Assembly: GCF_000195855.1 (NCBI RefSeq)
Contig: NC_002677.1
Span: forward strand, 1,470,001-1,502,000
Origin: Mycobacterium leprae TN
Lineage (GTDB): Bacteria; Actinomycetota; Actinomycetes; Mycobacteriales; Mycobacteriaceae
Length of the DNA stretch: 32,000 bases
Reading direction: 5' to 3'
Shown: positions 11,448 through 20,898 of the stretch, in pieces
Layout of the letters: each line of letters begins with the position of its first letter
How positions within the stretch are numbered: the stretch's first letter is position 1
The notes under the pieces: generated by a model
The model's input: only the letters and a program-made list of their open reading frames with translations
What the model was told of the DNA's origin: nothing
Database searches by the model: none
Made by a program: the position numbers and the translations under genes

Positions 11448-11521
11448 TGCCCCCGGCACGACTCGAACGTGCGACCTAGGGATTAGAAGGCCCTTGCTCT
11501 ATCCACCTGAGCTACGGAGGC
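11448..11521 (-). tRNA. tRNA-Arg (anticodon UCU)
   Basis: The reverse complement is GCCTCCGTAGCTCAGGTGGATAGAGCAAGGGCCTTCTAATCCCTAGGTCGCACGTTCGAGTCGTGCCGGGGGCA (74 nt). Acceptor stem GCCUCCG/CGGGGGC with one G-U pair, D arm GCUC/GAGC, anticodon loop CUUCUAA, T arm GCACG-UUCGAGU-CGUGC, discriminator A, and no encoded CCA. There is one C-U mismatch at the bottom of the anticodon stem. Confidence 0.85.
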
Positions 11522-11789
11522 AGTGCGCAGTTCAGTTTATCCAATGGGGATAGTCAATCGGTTTCGCCTGCTTAACGCACACGAATTATTTTCCTCGCCG
11601 CGGTTACCATAATGGGGTGTGCTTCGATACACGTACAACAACTGGTGGTAGTCATCGATAACCGCAGTAATGCGTGTGCCTGATGTCTAAATTGTGGTGG
11701 CGTTGTATTGGGCGTAGCGATTAGCGTGACTTCGGAATGCTCGTAGGCTGCAGCCCGGGTGCTGTGACACGAGGCTCAGCTGGCGGCCG

Positions 11790-12690
11790 ATGTCTGATAT
11801 CCTGTCACTTGTTGCTTTGCCCTTAGCCCGTCGCGGTGAGCTGGCTGGCCATGAGTTTCCCGCAGTGCGTGACCGGGCCTGCGCTGTCATGGCTATACGT
11901 CTGTTGCGACGACGTGGCCTTTGCAGTGCGCGGGTCACACATTTAACTGCTGTACTCGAGGAGTCCTTCGGGATGGGCTTCCGCATATCTGGTGTGTAGC
12001 CCGATTAGCGATTCGTCGGCGTGTCCGCGCTGCGACGGCTGTTGCAGATGGCTGGGCCGCACTGCTGGTAAGCGGCACACAGCTCCCGACCTCTTCTGCG
12101 GTTCGGACCGGTAGCGAAAATCTGTTCGACATTTGGTGGCGTCATGTCTCCCCCGCAAGTGGGAAGGACTCCCAGACGTCTGTCTGGCTGTCAGGAGCCG
12201 GTGTTGGTACAGGTTCTTCGTGTGGCATTGGTCTATCAACATCAAACGGGGGCAAGCCTATTCATTGCCGAACAGGGGGATGGAACTTAGCGGGATTTGT
12301 GTCTTGGTCAACGGACAGCAAGGGTTCGCGCTTTGTTTGGCCGGCTCACATCTTCGATTGAAAAGGTTATCGCGTGGGTACGCGATAACATTGCTGACTG
12401 CCGCCGCCGACTCCGAGCGGTTCAACGCGGCTGCGCCGATCTCGTACACGCAAAGCGAGGCTTCGTCGTGTTTGATGCTGCACGGTGAGGAAAAAAATCC
12501 TTTGGCTCCGAGCGCGAAGGCTCACGCCTTCTGCGCGGCGCTGCTCACGGTTGGAGTCCGCACGGGCCCTTGTCGGCATCCCCGACGAGACTGAACCGGG
12601 TGGCCGCAATTCTGACGAATCCGCCAACCCGGCTGCCCATTATGGAGTTTCGTATGCCAGCATTCCAACATCCACGCAATGAGCGACCTG
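11790..12690 (+). pseudogene. Alpha/beta-hydrolase carboxylesterase (lipQ-like) pseudogene
   Basis: Frames give ENLFDIWWRHVSPASGKDSQTSVWLSGAGVGTG (matches NLLDIW.r..P.gk.PVLvfvpGGaW.G), WPAHIFD/KVIAWVRDNIADC (matches WP.hi.DvK.AiaWvr.ni..yGGD) and LMLHGEEKNPLAPSAKAHAFCAALLTVGV (the C-terminal esterase block). These are split over at least three frames. The 5' limit is poorly defined. Confidence 0.55.
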
Positions 12691-12816
12691 TATCTGCAGT
12701 TGGCTTTCACCAGCGGGTGAACCCGACTAGCGTTGGGTAGGCAATTAGGTGGGGGGACTGAGTGCAGGAGGCGTGGTTGGCGGTGACAACGTACTGGTGG
12801 GCGTGGGGTCGTTCTG

Positions 12817-14292
12817 ATGGCTGACTCCGTCGAGGGCATTGGACCGTTCGATGAACTGGGAGCGCTCGACTATCTGCTGCATCGGGGTGAGGCAAATCCA
12901 CGGACCCGCGCCGGGATCATGGCGGTGGAACTTTTGGATACCACACCGGACTGGAATCGGTTCCGGAGCCGGATCGAGGATGTCTCCCAACGAGTGTTGC
13001 GGCTGCGGCAGAAGGTTGTAGTACCGACATTGCCTACCGCCGCACCACGCTGGGTGGTGGATCCCGACTTCGAACTGGACTTTCATGTGCGTCGGGTGCG
13101 CGTGCCTGATCCGGGTACGTTGCGCGAGGTATTCGATCTTGCCGAGGTGATTCAGCAGTCACCGATGGACGTGTCGCGGCCACTGTGGACGGCTACCTTG
13201 GTCGAGGGCCTGGCCGCTGGCAGGGCTGCGATGCTATTGCAGATTAGCCATGCGATCACCGACGGTGTCGGCAGTGTCGAGATGTTCGCCGAAATGTATG
13301 ACTTAGAAAGAGATCCGCCGTCTAGACCTCGGTCCCCGCAACCTATTCCGCAGGATCTGTCGCGCAATGACTTAATGCTACAAGGCATCAACCACTTGCC
13401 GGTCGCCCTGGCAGGCGGTGTCGTGGGTGGGCTATCTGGGGTGGCGTCGGTGGCTGGGCGGGCAATTCTACGACCTGCTTCGACTGTATCAGGAGTCGTC
13501 GGTTACGTCCGGTCGGGGATCAGAGTGTTGAGCCAGGCTGCCGAACCGTCCCCGTTGCTGCGCCAGCGCAGCCTGGCTACTCGCACCGAGGCAATAGAGA
13601 TCCAGCTCTCCGACCTGCACAAGGCTGCGAAAGCGGGCGATGGGTCGATTAATGACGCTTATCTGGCCGGCTTGGTTGGTGCCTTGCGCCGCTACCATGA
13701 GGCACTTGGTGTGTCGATCAGCACGCTGCCGATGGCGGTGCCGGTAAACGTACGGACTGAAGCCGATGTGGTTGGAAGCAACCGATTTGTTGGCGTTACC
13801 TTGGCGGCACCGCTCGGTACCAATGATCCGGCAGCCCGGATGCAGAAGATTCGTTCGCAGATGACGCAGCGGCGCGACGAGCCTGCAATGAACATCATTG
13901 GTTCCCTCGCACCGTTGATGACAGTACTACCGGCATCGGTGCTAGATTTTATCGTTGACTCTGTGGCCAGCTCCGATGTGAATGCCAGTAATATTCCGGC
14001 CTACCCCGGGGACACCTACTTCGCGGGTGCAAAAATCTTGCGGCAGTATGGTATAGGACCTCGCCCTGGTGTAGCGATGATGGCGGTGCTGATGTCTCGA
14101 GGCGGGTTCTGCACGGTCACTGTGCGATACGATCGGGCTTCGGTGAAAAGCGAGGCATTGTTTGCCCGGTGCCTGCTGGAGGGTTTCGACGAGGTCCTGG
14201 CGTTGGCCGGTGACCCGACACCGCACGCTGTGCCGGCATCGTTTGCTGCGCGGTCCTCCGGTTCGCCGGCGGGATGGTTGTCGAGCTCATGA
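12817..14292 (+). CDS. Wax ester synthase/diacylglycerol acyltransferase (WS/DGAT, triacylglycerol synthase family; Rv2484c-like)
   Basis: A 491-aa intact ORF. The active-site block LLQISHAITDGVGS corresponds to the WS/DGAT HHxxxDG motif. The family-typical N-terminal and C-terminal halves are both present. The stop TGA 14290-14292 overlaps the next gene's ATG. Confidence 0.9.
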   Translation: MADSVEGIGPFDELGALDYLLHRGEANPRTRAGIMAVELLDTTPDWNRFRSRIEDVSQRVLRLRQKVVVPTLPTAAPRWVVDPDFELDFHVRRVRVPDPGTLREVFDLAEVIQQSPMDVSRPLWTATLVEGLAAGRAAMLLQISHAITDGVGSVEMFAEMYDLERDPPSRPRSPQPIPQDLSRNDLMLQGINHLPVALAGGVVGGLSGVASVAGRAILRPASTVSGVVGYVRSGIRVLSQAAEPSPLLRQRSLATRTEAIEIQLSDLHKAAKAGDGSINDAYLAGLVGALRRYHEALGVSISTLPMAVPVNVRTEADVVGSNRFVGVTLAAPLGTNDPAARMQKIRSQMTQRRDEPAMNIIGSLAPLMTVLPASVLDFIVDSVASSDVNASNIPAYPGDTYFAGAKILRQYGIGPRPGVAMMAVLMSRGGFCTVTVRYDRASVKSEALFARCLLEGFDEVLALAGDPTPHAVPASFAARSSGSPAGWLSSS

Positions 14293-16028
14293 GTGCCTTC
14301 GACGAGAACGGGACGCCCAAGTCAGGGCCGGAAGTGCGCTTGCCTGGTTCGGTCGCCGAGATCCTTGCCAGTCCTGCTGGTCCCCAGGTAGGGGCGTTTT
14401 TCGACTTGGATGGGACGCTGGTTGCCGGCTTTACCGCAGTCATCCTTACGCACGAGCGTCTGCGACGCTGTGATATGGGTGTGGGAGAATTGCTTTCAAT
14501 GATTCAGGCTGGTCTGAACCATACACTCGGGCGCATCGAGTTCGAGGACCTCATCGGTAAGGTTTCCTCGGCGTTGCGCGGACGGTTATTGACTGACTTG
14601 GAGGAGATCGGCGAGCGGCTGTTTGCCCAGCGCATCGAGTCTCGGATCTACCCTGAAATGCGTAAGCTGGTGCAGGCTCACGTGGCTCGCGGTCACACCG
14701 TGGTGCTCAGCTCGTCGGCCCTGACGATTCAAGTGGGGCCGGTCGCACGTTTTCTGGGTATTGCCCACATGCTCACCAACAAGTTTGAGATCAACGAAGA
14801 CGGAATGCTCACTGGTGGCGTGGTTAAACCGATCTTGTGGGGTCCGGGCAAAGCCGCTGCGGTACAACGATTTGCTGCTGAGCATGACATCGACCTCAAG
14901 GACAGCTACTTCTACGCTGATGGTGACGAGGACGTCGCGCTGATGTATCTAGTTGGCAATCCACGGCCGACTAACCCTGAAGGAAAAATGGCTGCCGTCG
15001 CCAAACGCCGTGGCTGGCCGATCTTGAAATTCAACAGCCGTGGCGGCGTTGGTATCGGAGCGCAGTTGCGAACACTGGTCGGCCTGAGTTCAGTGCTACC
15101 ACTCGTGGCCGGCGCGGTGGGAATCGGTGTGTTGACTGGTAGCCGTCGGCGGGGTGCCAACTTCTTCACCTCTGTCTTTCCCCCGTTGGTGCTCGCGGCC
15201 GCGGGGGTGCATCTCAATGTGATCGGGAACGAGAACCTGACCATGCAGCGTCCCGCCGTGTTCATCTATAACCATCGCAATCAGATTGACCCGCTCATCG
15301 CCGGTGCGCTAGTGCGTGGCAATTGGATTGCTGTGGCCAAGAAAGAATTGGCAAAGAATCCGATCATCCGCGCGCTCGGCAAATTAACCGACGGTGTGTT
15401 TATTGACCGGGACGATCCGGTCGGCGCGGTAGAGACGTTGCACGCGGTCGAAGACCGGGCCAGGAAGGGACTCTCGATTCTGATGGCCCCAGAAGGTACC
15501 CGATTAGATACCACAGAAGTCGGGCCGTTCAAGAAGGGGCCTTTCCGCATCGCGATGGCGGTCGGGATCCCGATTGTTCCGATTGTGTTCCGCAATGCGG
15601 AGATCGTCGCCGCTCGAAACTCCAATACGATTAATCCGGGCATGGTCGATGTCGCGGTTTTGCCGGCGATTCCGGTTGATGACTGGACTCTTGATGCGTT
15701 ATCGGAGCGCATTGCCGAGGTGCGTCAGCTGTATCTGGACATTCTGGCTGACTGGCCGGTCGACGAGCTGCCCAAGGCTGCTCTGTACACCCGGGCAACA
15801 AAGGCGACGGTGAAAAAGGCGGAGCCAAAAAAGGGCGGTCGCACTTCGGCCGCCAAGACCACCGCTAAGAAGACAGCGACCAAGGCCACGGCAGCTAAGA
15901 CTGCTAACACAGCTGTTACCAAAAGCATGTTGACGCCCCCCACGAGGATATCGGACAAAGAGAACCCGAAAGTACCTAAGGTCGTTTCCCAAGACCTCGT
16001 CGTGAAACAGCCCAGAGAGCGGTCGTGA
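14274..16028 (+). CDS. plsC: Bifunctional membrane protein: HAD-family (SerB-like) phosphatase domain fused to 1-acyl-sn-glycerol-3-phosphate acyltransferase (Rv2483c-like)
   Basis: An intact ORF. HAD motif I is FFDLDGTLV. Two hydrophobic segments are present ([19 protein letters not shown] and [16 protein letters not shown]). LPLAT motifs are NHRNQIDP (HX4D) and MAPEGTR. The tail is Lys/Ala/Thr-rich. A likelier start is ATG 14289, which forms ATGA with the upstream stop; ATG 14274 is the longest-ORF start. Confidence 0.9.
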
Positions 16029-18352
16029 CTGAACCGGATGTAGAAATCAGCTCAGTCCTTACCGGTGAAGACACGCTGGTGCTAGCGTCTATGGACACTC
16101 CGGCGGAAATTGAGCTGGTCATGGATTGGCTATGCCAGCAGCGTAACCGCAACCCGGACATCAAGTTCGACGTATTGAAGCTTCCTTCGCGCAACTTAGC
16201 GCCCGCGGCGCTGACAGCACTTGTTGAACAGCTCGAATCCGACGAAGACCGGTCGGTCGTGCCGGTGCGTGTTTTCTGGATGCCGCCTGCGGAGCGCAGT
16301 AAGTTGGCCAAGCTGGCTGGATTGTTGCCCGGCCGGGATCCTTACCACCCCAACCGGCGCCAGCAGCGCCACATCTTAAAAACCGACGCCCGGCGTGCCC
16401 TGGTGATTGCTGGCGACTCTGCTAAAGTGTCCGAGCTCCGCCAATACTGGCGCGATACCACCGTTGGAGAAAACGAGTGCGATTTCGCTCAGTTCGTTAC
16501 TCGCCGCGCCATCTTGGCGATGGAACGTGCCGAGTCTCGAATCCTCGGACCACAGTACAAGTCTCCGCGGCTGGTGAAGCCAGAAATCTTGGCGTCAACG
16601 CGGTTTCGTGCTGGACTGGAAAAGATCTCGGGCGCAACCGTGGAAGAAGCTGGGAAGATGCTTGACGAACTCGCCACCGGGTGGAGCAGGGCGTCGGTTG
16701 ACCTCGTTTCCGTGCTCGGCAGGATGCTCAGCCGCGGCTTCGAACCTGAGATCGACTACGACGAGTATCAAGTCGCGGCGATGCGCGCGGCGTTGGAAGC
16801 TCATCCAGCGGTGCTGCTGTTCTCGCACCGGTCCTACATTGACGGTGCGGTGGTGCCGGTGGCGATGCAGGAGAATCGGCTACCACCGGTGCATGTGTTC
16901 GCCGGCATCAACCTGTCGTTCGGGTTAATGGGGCCACTGTTGCGCCGCTCCGGCGTCATTTTCATCCGCCGTAACATCGGCGACAATCCGCTCTACAAGT
17001 ATGTCTTGCGCGAATACGTCGGCTACATCGTGGAGAAGCGTTTCAACCTGAGCTGGTCCATTGAGGGCACTCGTTCGCGTACTGGCAAGATGCTGCCACC
17101 CAAGCTCGGTCTGCTCACCTACGTGGCCGATGCGTACCTGGACGGCCGGAGTGAAGACATCCTGTTGCAGCCGGTGTCGATCAGTTTCGATCAGTTGCAC
17201 GAAACCGCCGAGTACGCTGCCTATGCTCGTGGCGGCGAAAAGACGCCCGAAGGTGTCGCTTGGCTGTATAGTTTTATCAAGGCGCAAGGTGAACGTAACT
17301 ACGGTAAGATCTACGTCCGTTTCCCGGAAGCGGTCTCGATGCGGCAGTATCTCGGTGCGCCTCACGGTGCATTGGTTCAAGATCAAGACGCTAAACGGCT
17401 TGCGCTCCAAAAGATGTCGTTCGAAGTTGCATGGCGGATTCTGTGTGCGACGCCAGTGACGGCGACAGCGTTGGTTTCCGCGCTGCTATTGACCACTCGT
17501 GGAGTGGCCTTGACGCTTGATCAACTGCATCACACGTTGCAAGAATCACTGGATTACCTGGAACGCAAGCAAACTCCTGTGTCGAAGAGTGCGTTGCGGC
17601 TGCGTTCGCGTGAAGGCGTGCGTGCTGCGGTCGACGCATTGTCCAGCGGGCACCCGATCACTCGGGTTGACAGCGGTCGGGAACCGGTGTGGTATATTAC
17701 CCCCGGTAATGAACATGCTGCGGCATTCTACCGGAACTCGGTGATACACGCCTTCCTGGAGACCTCGATAGTCGAACTCGCGTTGGCGCATGCCAGGCAT
17801 GTCGAAGGCGACCGTATGAAGGTTTTCTGGGCGCAGGCGATGAGGCTGCGTGATCTCTTGAAGTTCGATTTTTATTTCGCGGATTCGGCTGCTTTTCGTG
17901 CCAATATCGCCGAAGAGATAGCGTGGCACCAGAATTGGGAGGATCGTGTTTCCGGTGATGGTGATGATATCGACGCGATGCTGCTTACTAAGCGACCGTT
18001 GATCTCAGATGCGATGTTGCGGGTATTTTTTGAAGCGTACGATATTGTCGCTGATGTGTTGCGCGATGCTCCGGCGGATGTTGGCCAAAAGGAACTGACT
18101 GAATTGGCACTTGGTGTCGGACGCCAGTACGTGGCACAGGGTCGGGTCCGTAGCGGTGAATCGGTGTCTACGCTACTATTCGCCACCGCTTACCAGGTTG
18201 TTGTCGATCAGAATCTGATAGCGCCAGCTCCGGATCTCGCTGAACGTCGGATGGTTTTCCGGCGGGAGTTGCGGGATATTCGGCGAGATTTCGACTACGT
18301 CGAACAAATCGCGCGCAGCCGGTTCATCGTCCGTGAGTTCAAATCGCGTTAG
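16025..18352 (+). CDS. plsB: Glycerol-3-phosphate acyltransferase (GPAT; PlsB2/Rv2482c-like)
   Basis: A 775-aa intact ORF. GPAT motifs are [10 protein letters not shown] (HX4D) and [18 protein letters not shown]. The GTG start at 16025 overlaps the plsC stop (GTGA). Confidence 0.9.
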
Positions 18353-18600
18353 TGACGCTTGTACCGTTCAGTGGCCAAGCTATCGGTCCATACCCAGGGT
18401 AGCTGACGGTTGCTCGCTTTGCTGGCAAGCTCGGGTGTGTCCTTAACTGACTGGTGTCGCAGCGTTAATAAGGTCGTACGGCGACTCATCGCCAACCGTC
18501 GGGATCGCTCGTCACTCGCGGACTGATCCCCAGTCACGGTTCTTTGCACGGGGTCAGCGGGGGTGGGCTCGTGTTGTTCCTAATTTGTCGGTAGTTCCGC

Positions 18601-18636
18601 GCTGAATGGTCATTGGAAGCTGAATGGTCATTGGAA
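18601..18636. repeat. Perfect 2 x 18-bp tandem duplication (gctgaatggtcattggaa)
   Basis: Read directly: 18601-18618 and 18619-18636 are identical. It lies in non-coding DNA between plsB2 and the SSB-like pseudogene. Confidence 0.9.
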
Positions 18637-18697
18637 AGGGGCCAACACGTCACGACTCAAAGACGACAACAGAGCAAGCAACGAAGGGAATGCGTCA

Positions 18698-18953
18698 GTG
18701 TTCGGAACGCCGTTAACTGTAGTCGGTTACATCGTCAACGACCTGCAACGCTGCAAGGTGGGCGATCAGGAGGTGGTCAAGTGTCGGGTGGTCAGCAGTT
18801 CTCGTCGTCGCATCGGTGATCGTGGTGGGTCACGTCTATACCAGCGAGTACGGGACCGGCACGGCTTATCGTTCGTCGTTGGAGATGCGGGCAACTCCTC
18901 CGGTCGGCCCGGATTTGTCGCGGGTGATTGTACGCATCGAGAAGCCTGGATAA
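18698..18953 (+). pseudogene. SSB-like OB-fold protein pseudogene (Rv2478c-like) with internal deletion and frameshift
   Basis: The start MFGTPLTVVGYIVNDLQRCKVGDQEVVKCRVVSSSRRR matches the N-terminus of SSB-like paralogues. A different frame then reads VIVVGHVYTSEYGTGTAYRSSLEMRATPPVGPDLSRVIVRIEKPG* and ends at TAA 18951-18953. The central part of the OB fold is missing. Confidence 0.5.
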
Positions 18954-19169
18954 AAACCGGTCCGGACGTGGATTCGATTCCCACAGCCGCCGATGCTGTT
19001 ACCCGAGCTCCTGACGGGAATCCAGCCTCCAGGTCCGGCTGGTCGCCGCTACTGGGCTCGACGCATTACCCATGTCACCGATGTTGGTTTAGGAGTCGAA
19101 TTGCGGCTGTGGCGCGATGCCTAGGATGGGCGCTAGTAACTTTGCAGACTAGAAAGGCAATACGGGGGC

Positions 19170-20840
19170 ATGGCTGAGTTCATCTACACGATGAAAAAGG
19201 TTCGTAAGGCGCACGGCGACAAGGTAATCCTTGACGACGTTACGCTGAACTTCTTCCCTGGAGCCAAGATCGGTGTCGTCGGCCCGAATGGTGCCGGTAA
19301 GTCGAGCGTCTTGCGGATCATGGCCGGTATGGACAAGCCGAACAACGGTGACGCGTTCCTGGCTACCGGCGCTAGTGTCGGCATTCTGCAACAGGAACCG
19401 CCGTTGAACGAGGAGAAGACGGTTCGTGGCAATGTGGAAGAGGGCTTGGGCGACATCAAGATCAAGCTTGACCGCTTCAGTGAGGTCGCCGAATTGATGG
19501 CCACCGACTCCTCCAGCGAGTTAATGGAAGAGATGGGCCGGCTGCAAGAGGAACTGGACCACGCCGACGCGTGGGACCTTGACTCGCAACTGGAGCAGGC
19601 CATGGACGTGCTGCGCTGCCCACCGCCCGACGAACCGGTGACAAACCTGTCCGGTGGTGAGCGGCGTCGTGTGGCGCTGTGCAAGCTATTGCTGTCCAAA
19701 CCTGACTTGTTGCTGCTCGACGAGCCGACCAACCATCTAGACGCCGAAAGCGTGCAGTGGCTCGAACAGCATCTTGCTGGTTACGCTGGTGCGGTTTTGG
19801 CGGTCACCCACGACCGCTACTTCCTGGACAACGTTGCCGAATGGATCCTGGAACTGGACCGTGGCCGCGCATATCCCTATGAAGGTAACTACTCTACTTA
19901 CCTTGAGAAAAAGGCTGAGCGACTGACTACACAGGGTCGCAAGGACGCCAAGCTACAGAAGCGATTGACTGACGAGCTGGCCTGGGTGAGGTCCGGAGCT
20001 AAAGCACGTCAAGCCAAAAGCAAGGCGCGTTTGCAGCGCTACGAGGAAATGGCTGCCGAAGCTGAAAAGAATCGTAAATTCGATTTCGAAGAAATTCAAA
20101 TCCCAGTCGGACCACGCCTGGGCAACATGGTGGTCGAGGTCGAACACCTCGACAAAGGTTACGGCGGACGCACCCTAATCAAGGACTTATCCTTCACGTT
20201 GCCCCGTAACGGCATTGTCGGCATCATCGGCCCCAACGGGGTTGGCAAGACCACACTTTTTAAAACCATCGTGGGGCTCGAGCAGCCGGACGGCGGTGCT
20301 GTCAAGATTGGCGAAACCGTCAAGCTGAGCTACGTGGATCAGACCCGCGCGGGTATCGATCCGAAGAAGATCGTGTGGGAAGTGGTCTCAGATGGGTTGG
20401 ACCACATTCAGGTCGGCCAAACCGAGGTCTCGTCGCGGGCCTATGTTTCGGCGTTCGGATTCAAGGGTCCCGATCAACAGAAGCTGGCCGGGGTGCTCTC
20501 CGGTGGTGAGCGAAACCGGCTGAACCTTGCGCTGACGCTTAAGCAGGGCGGCAATCTCATCCTGCTTGATGAGCCGACCAACGACCTCGATGTCGAGACC
20601 TTGGGTTCGCTGGAGAACGCGTTGGTGAATTTCCCCGGTTGTGCGGTGGTGATTTCGCACGATCGCTGGTTCCTCGATCGCACGTGCACGCACATCTTGG
20701 CATGGGAAGGCGACGACGAGGGGAAGTGGTTCTGGTTCGAGGGAAACTTCGGTGCCTATGAGGAAAACAAGGTGGAACGGCTCGGTGCTGAAGCTGCGCG
20801 TCCGCACAGGGTGACTCACCGTAAGTTGACGCGCGACTAA
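19170..20840 (+). CDS. ettA: ABC-F family ATPase, energy-dependent translational throttle protein EttA (Rv2477c-like)
   Basis: A 556-aa intact ORF. It has two ABC cassettes: Walker A GPNGAGKS and GPNGVGKT, signatures LSGGERRR and LSGGERNR, Walker [13 protein letters not shown] and [12 protein letters not shown]. There are no TM segments. Length and linker are typical of EttA. Confidence 0.9.
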   Translation: MAEFIYTMKKVRKAHGDKVILDDVTLNFFPGAKIGVVGPNGAGKSSVLRIMAGMDKPNNGDAFLATGASVGILQQEPPLNEEKTVRGNVEEGLGDIKIKLDRFSEVAELMATDSSSELMEEMGRLQEELDHADAWDLDSQLEQAMDVLRCPPPDEPVTNLSGGERRRVALCKLLLSKPDLLLLDEPTNHLDAESVQWLEQHLAGYAGAVLAVTHDRYFLDNVAEWILELDRGRAYPYEGNYSTYLEKKAERLTTQGRKDAKLQKRLTDELAWVRSGAKARQAKSKARLQRYEEMAAEAEKNRKFDFEEIQIPVGPRLGNMVVEVEHLDKGYGGRTLIKDLSFTLPRNGIVGIIGPNGVGKTTLFKTIVGLEQPDGGAVKIGETVKLSYVDQTRAGIDPKKIVWEVVSDGLDHIQVGQTEVSSRAYVSAFGFKGPDQQKLAGVLSGGERNRLNLALTLKQGGNLILLDEPTNDLDVETLGSLENALVNFPGCAVVISHDRWFLDRTCTHILAWEGDDEGKWFWFEGNFGAYEENKVERLGAEAARPHRVTHRKLTRD

Positions 20841-20898
20841 TGTCAGCTTCACTAGCGTTGGTATCCCGGGGGTTCAGAGTGGGTTGGGAGCAAACGGC

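Noticed and set aside
14912-17410. Several 100-160-aa antisense ORFs inside plsC and plsB2 (14912-15265, 15281-15712, 16925-17410), and 19184-19732 inside ettA.
   Set aside because: They lie opposite strongly supported genes. Their composition is Arg/Ser/Pro-rich, as is typical of antisense frames in GC-rich codon-biased DNA, and they have no motifs.
18968-18984. gtggattcgattcccac resembles a tRNA T-arm (GTGGA-TTCGATT-CCCAC) just downstream of the SSB-like pseudogene. It could be a tRNA 3' fragment or an att remnant.
   Set aside because: The stem has an A-C mismatch at the conserved G53-C61 position. No complementary acceptor 5' strand, D arm or anticodon arm exists upstream. It is probably a chance match, worth only a quick tRNAscan or BLAST check.
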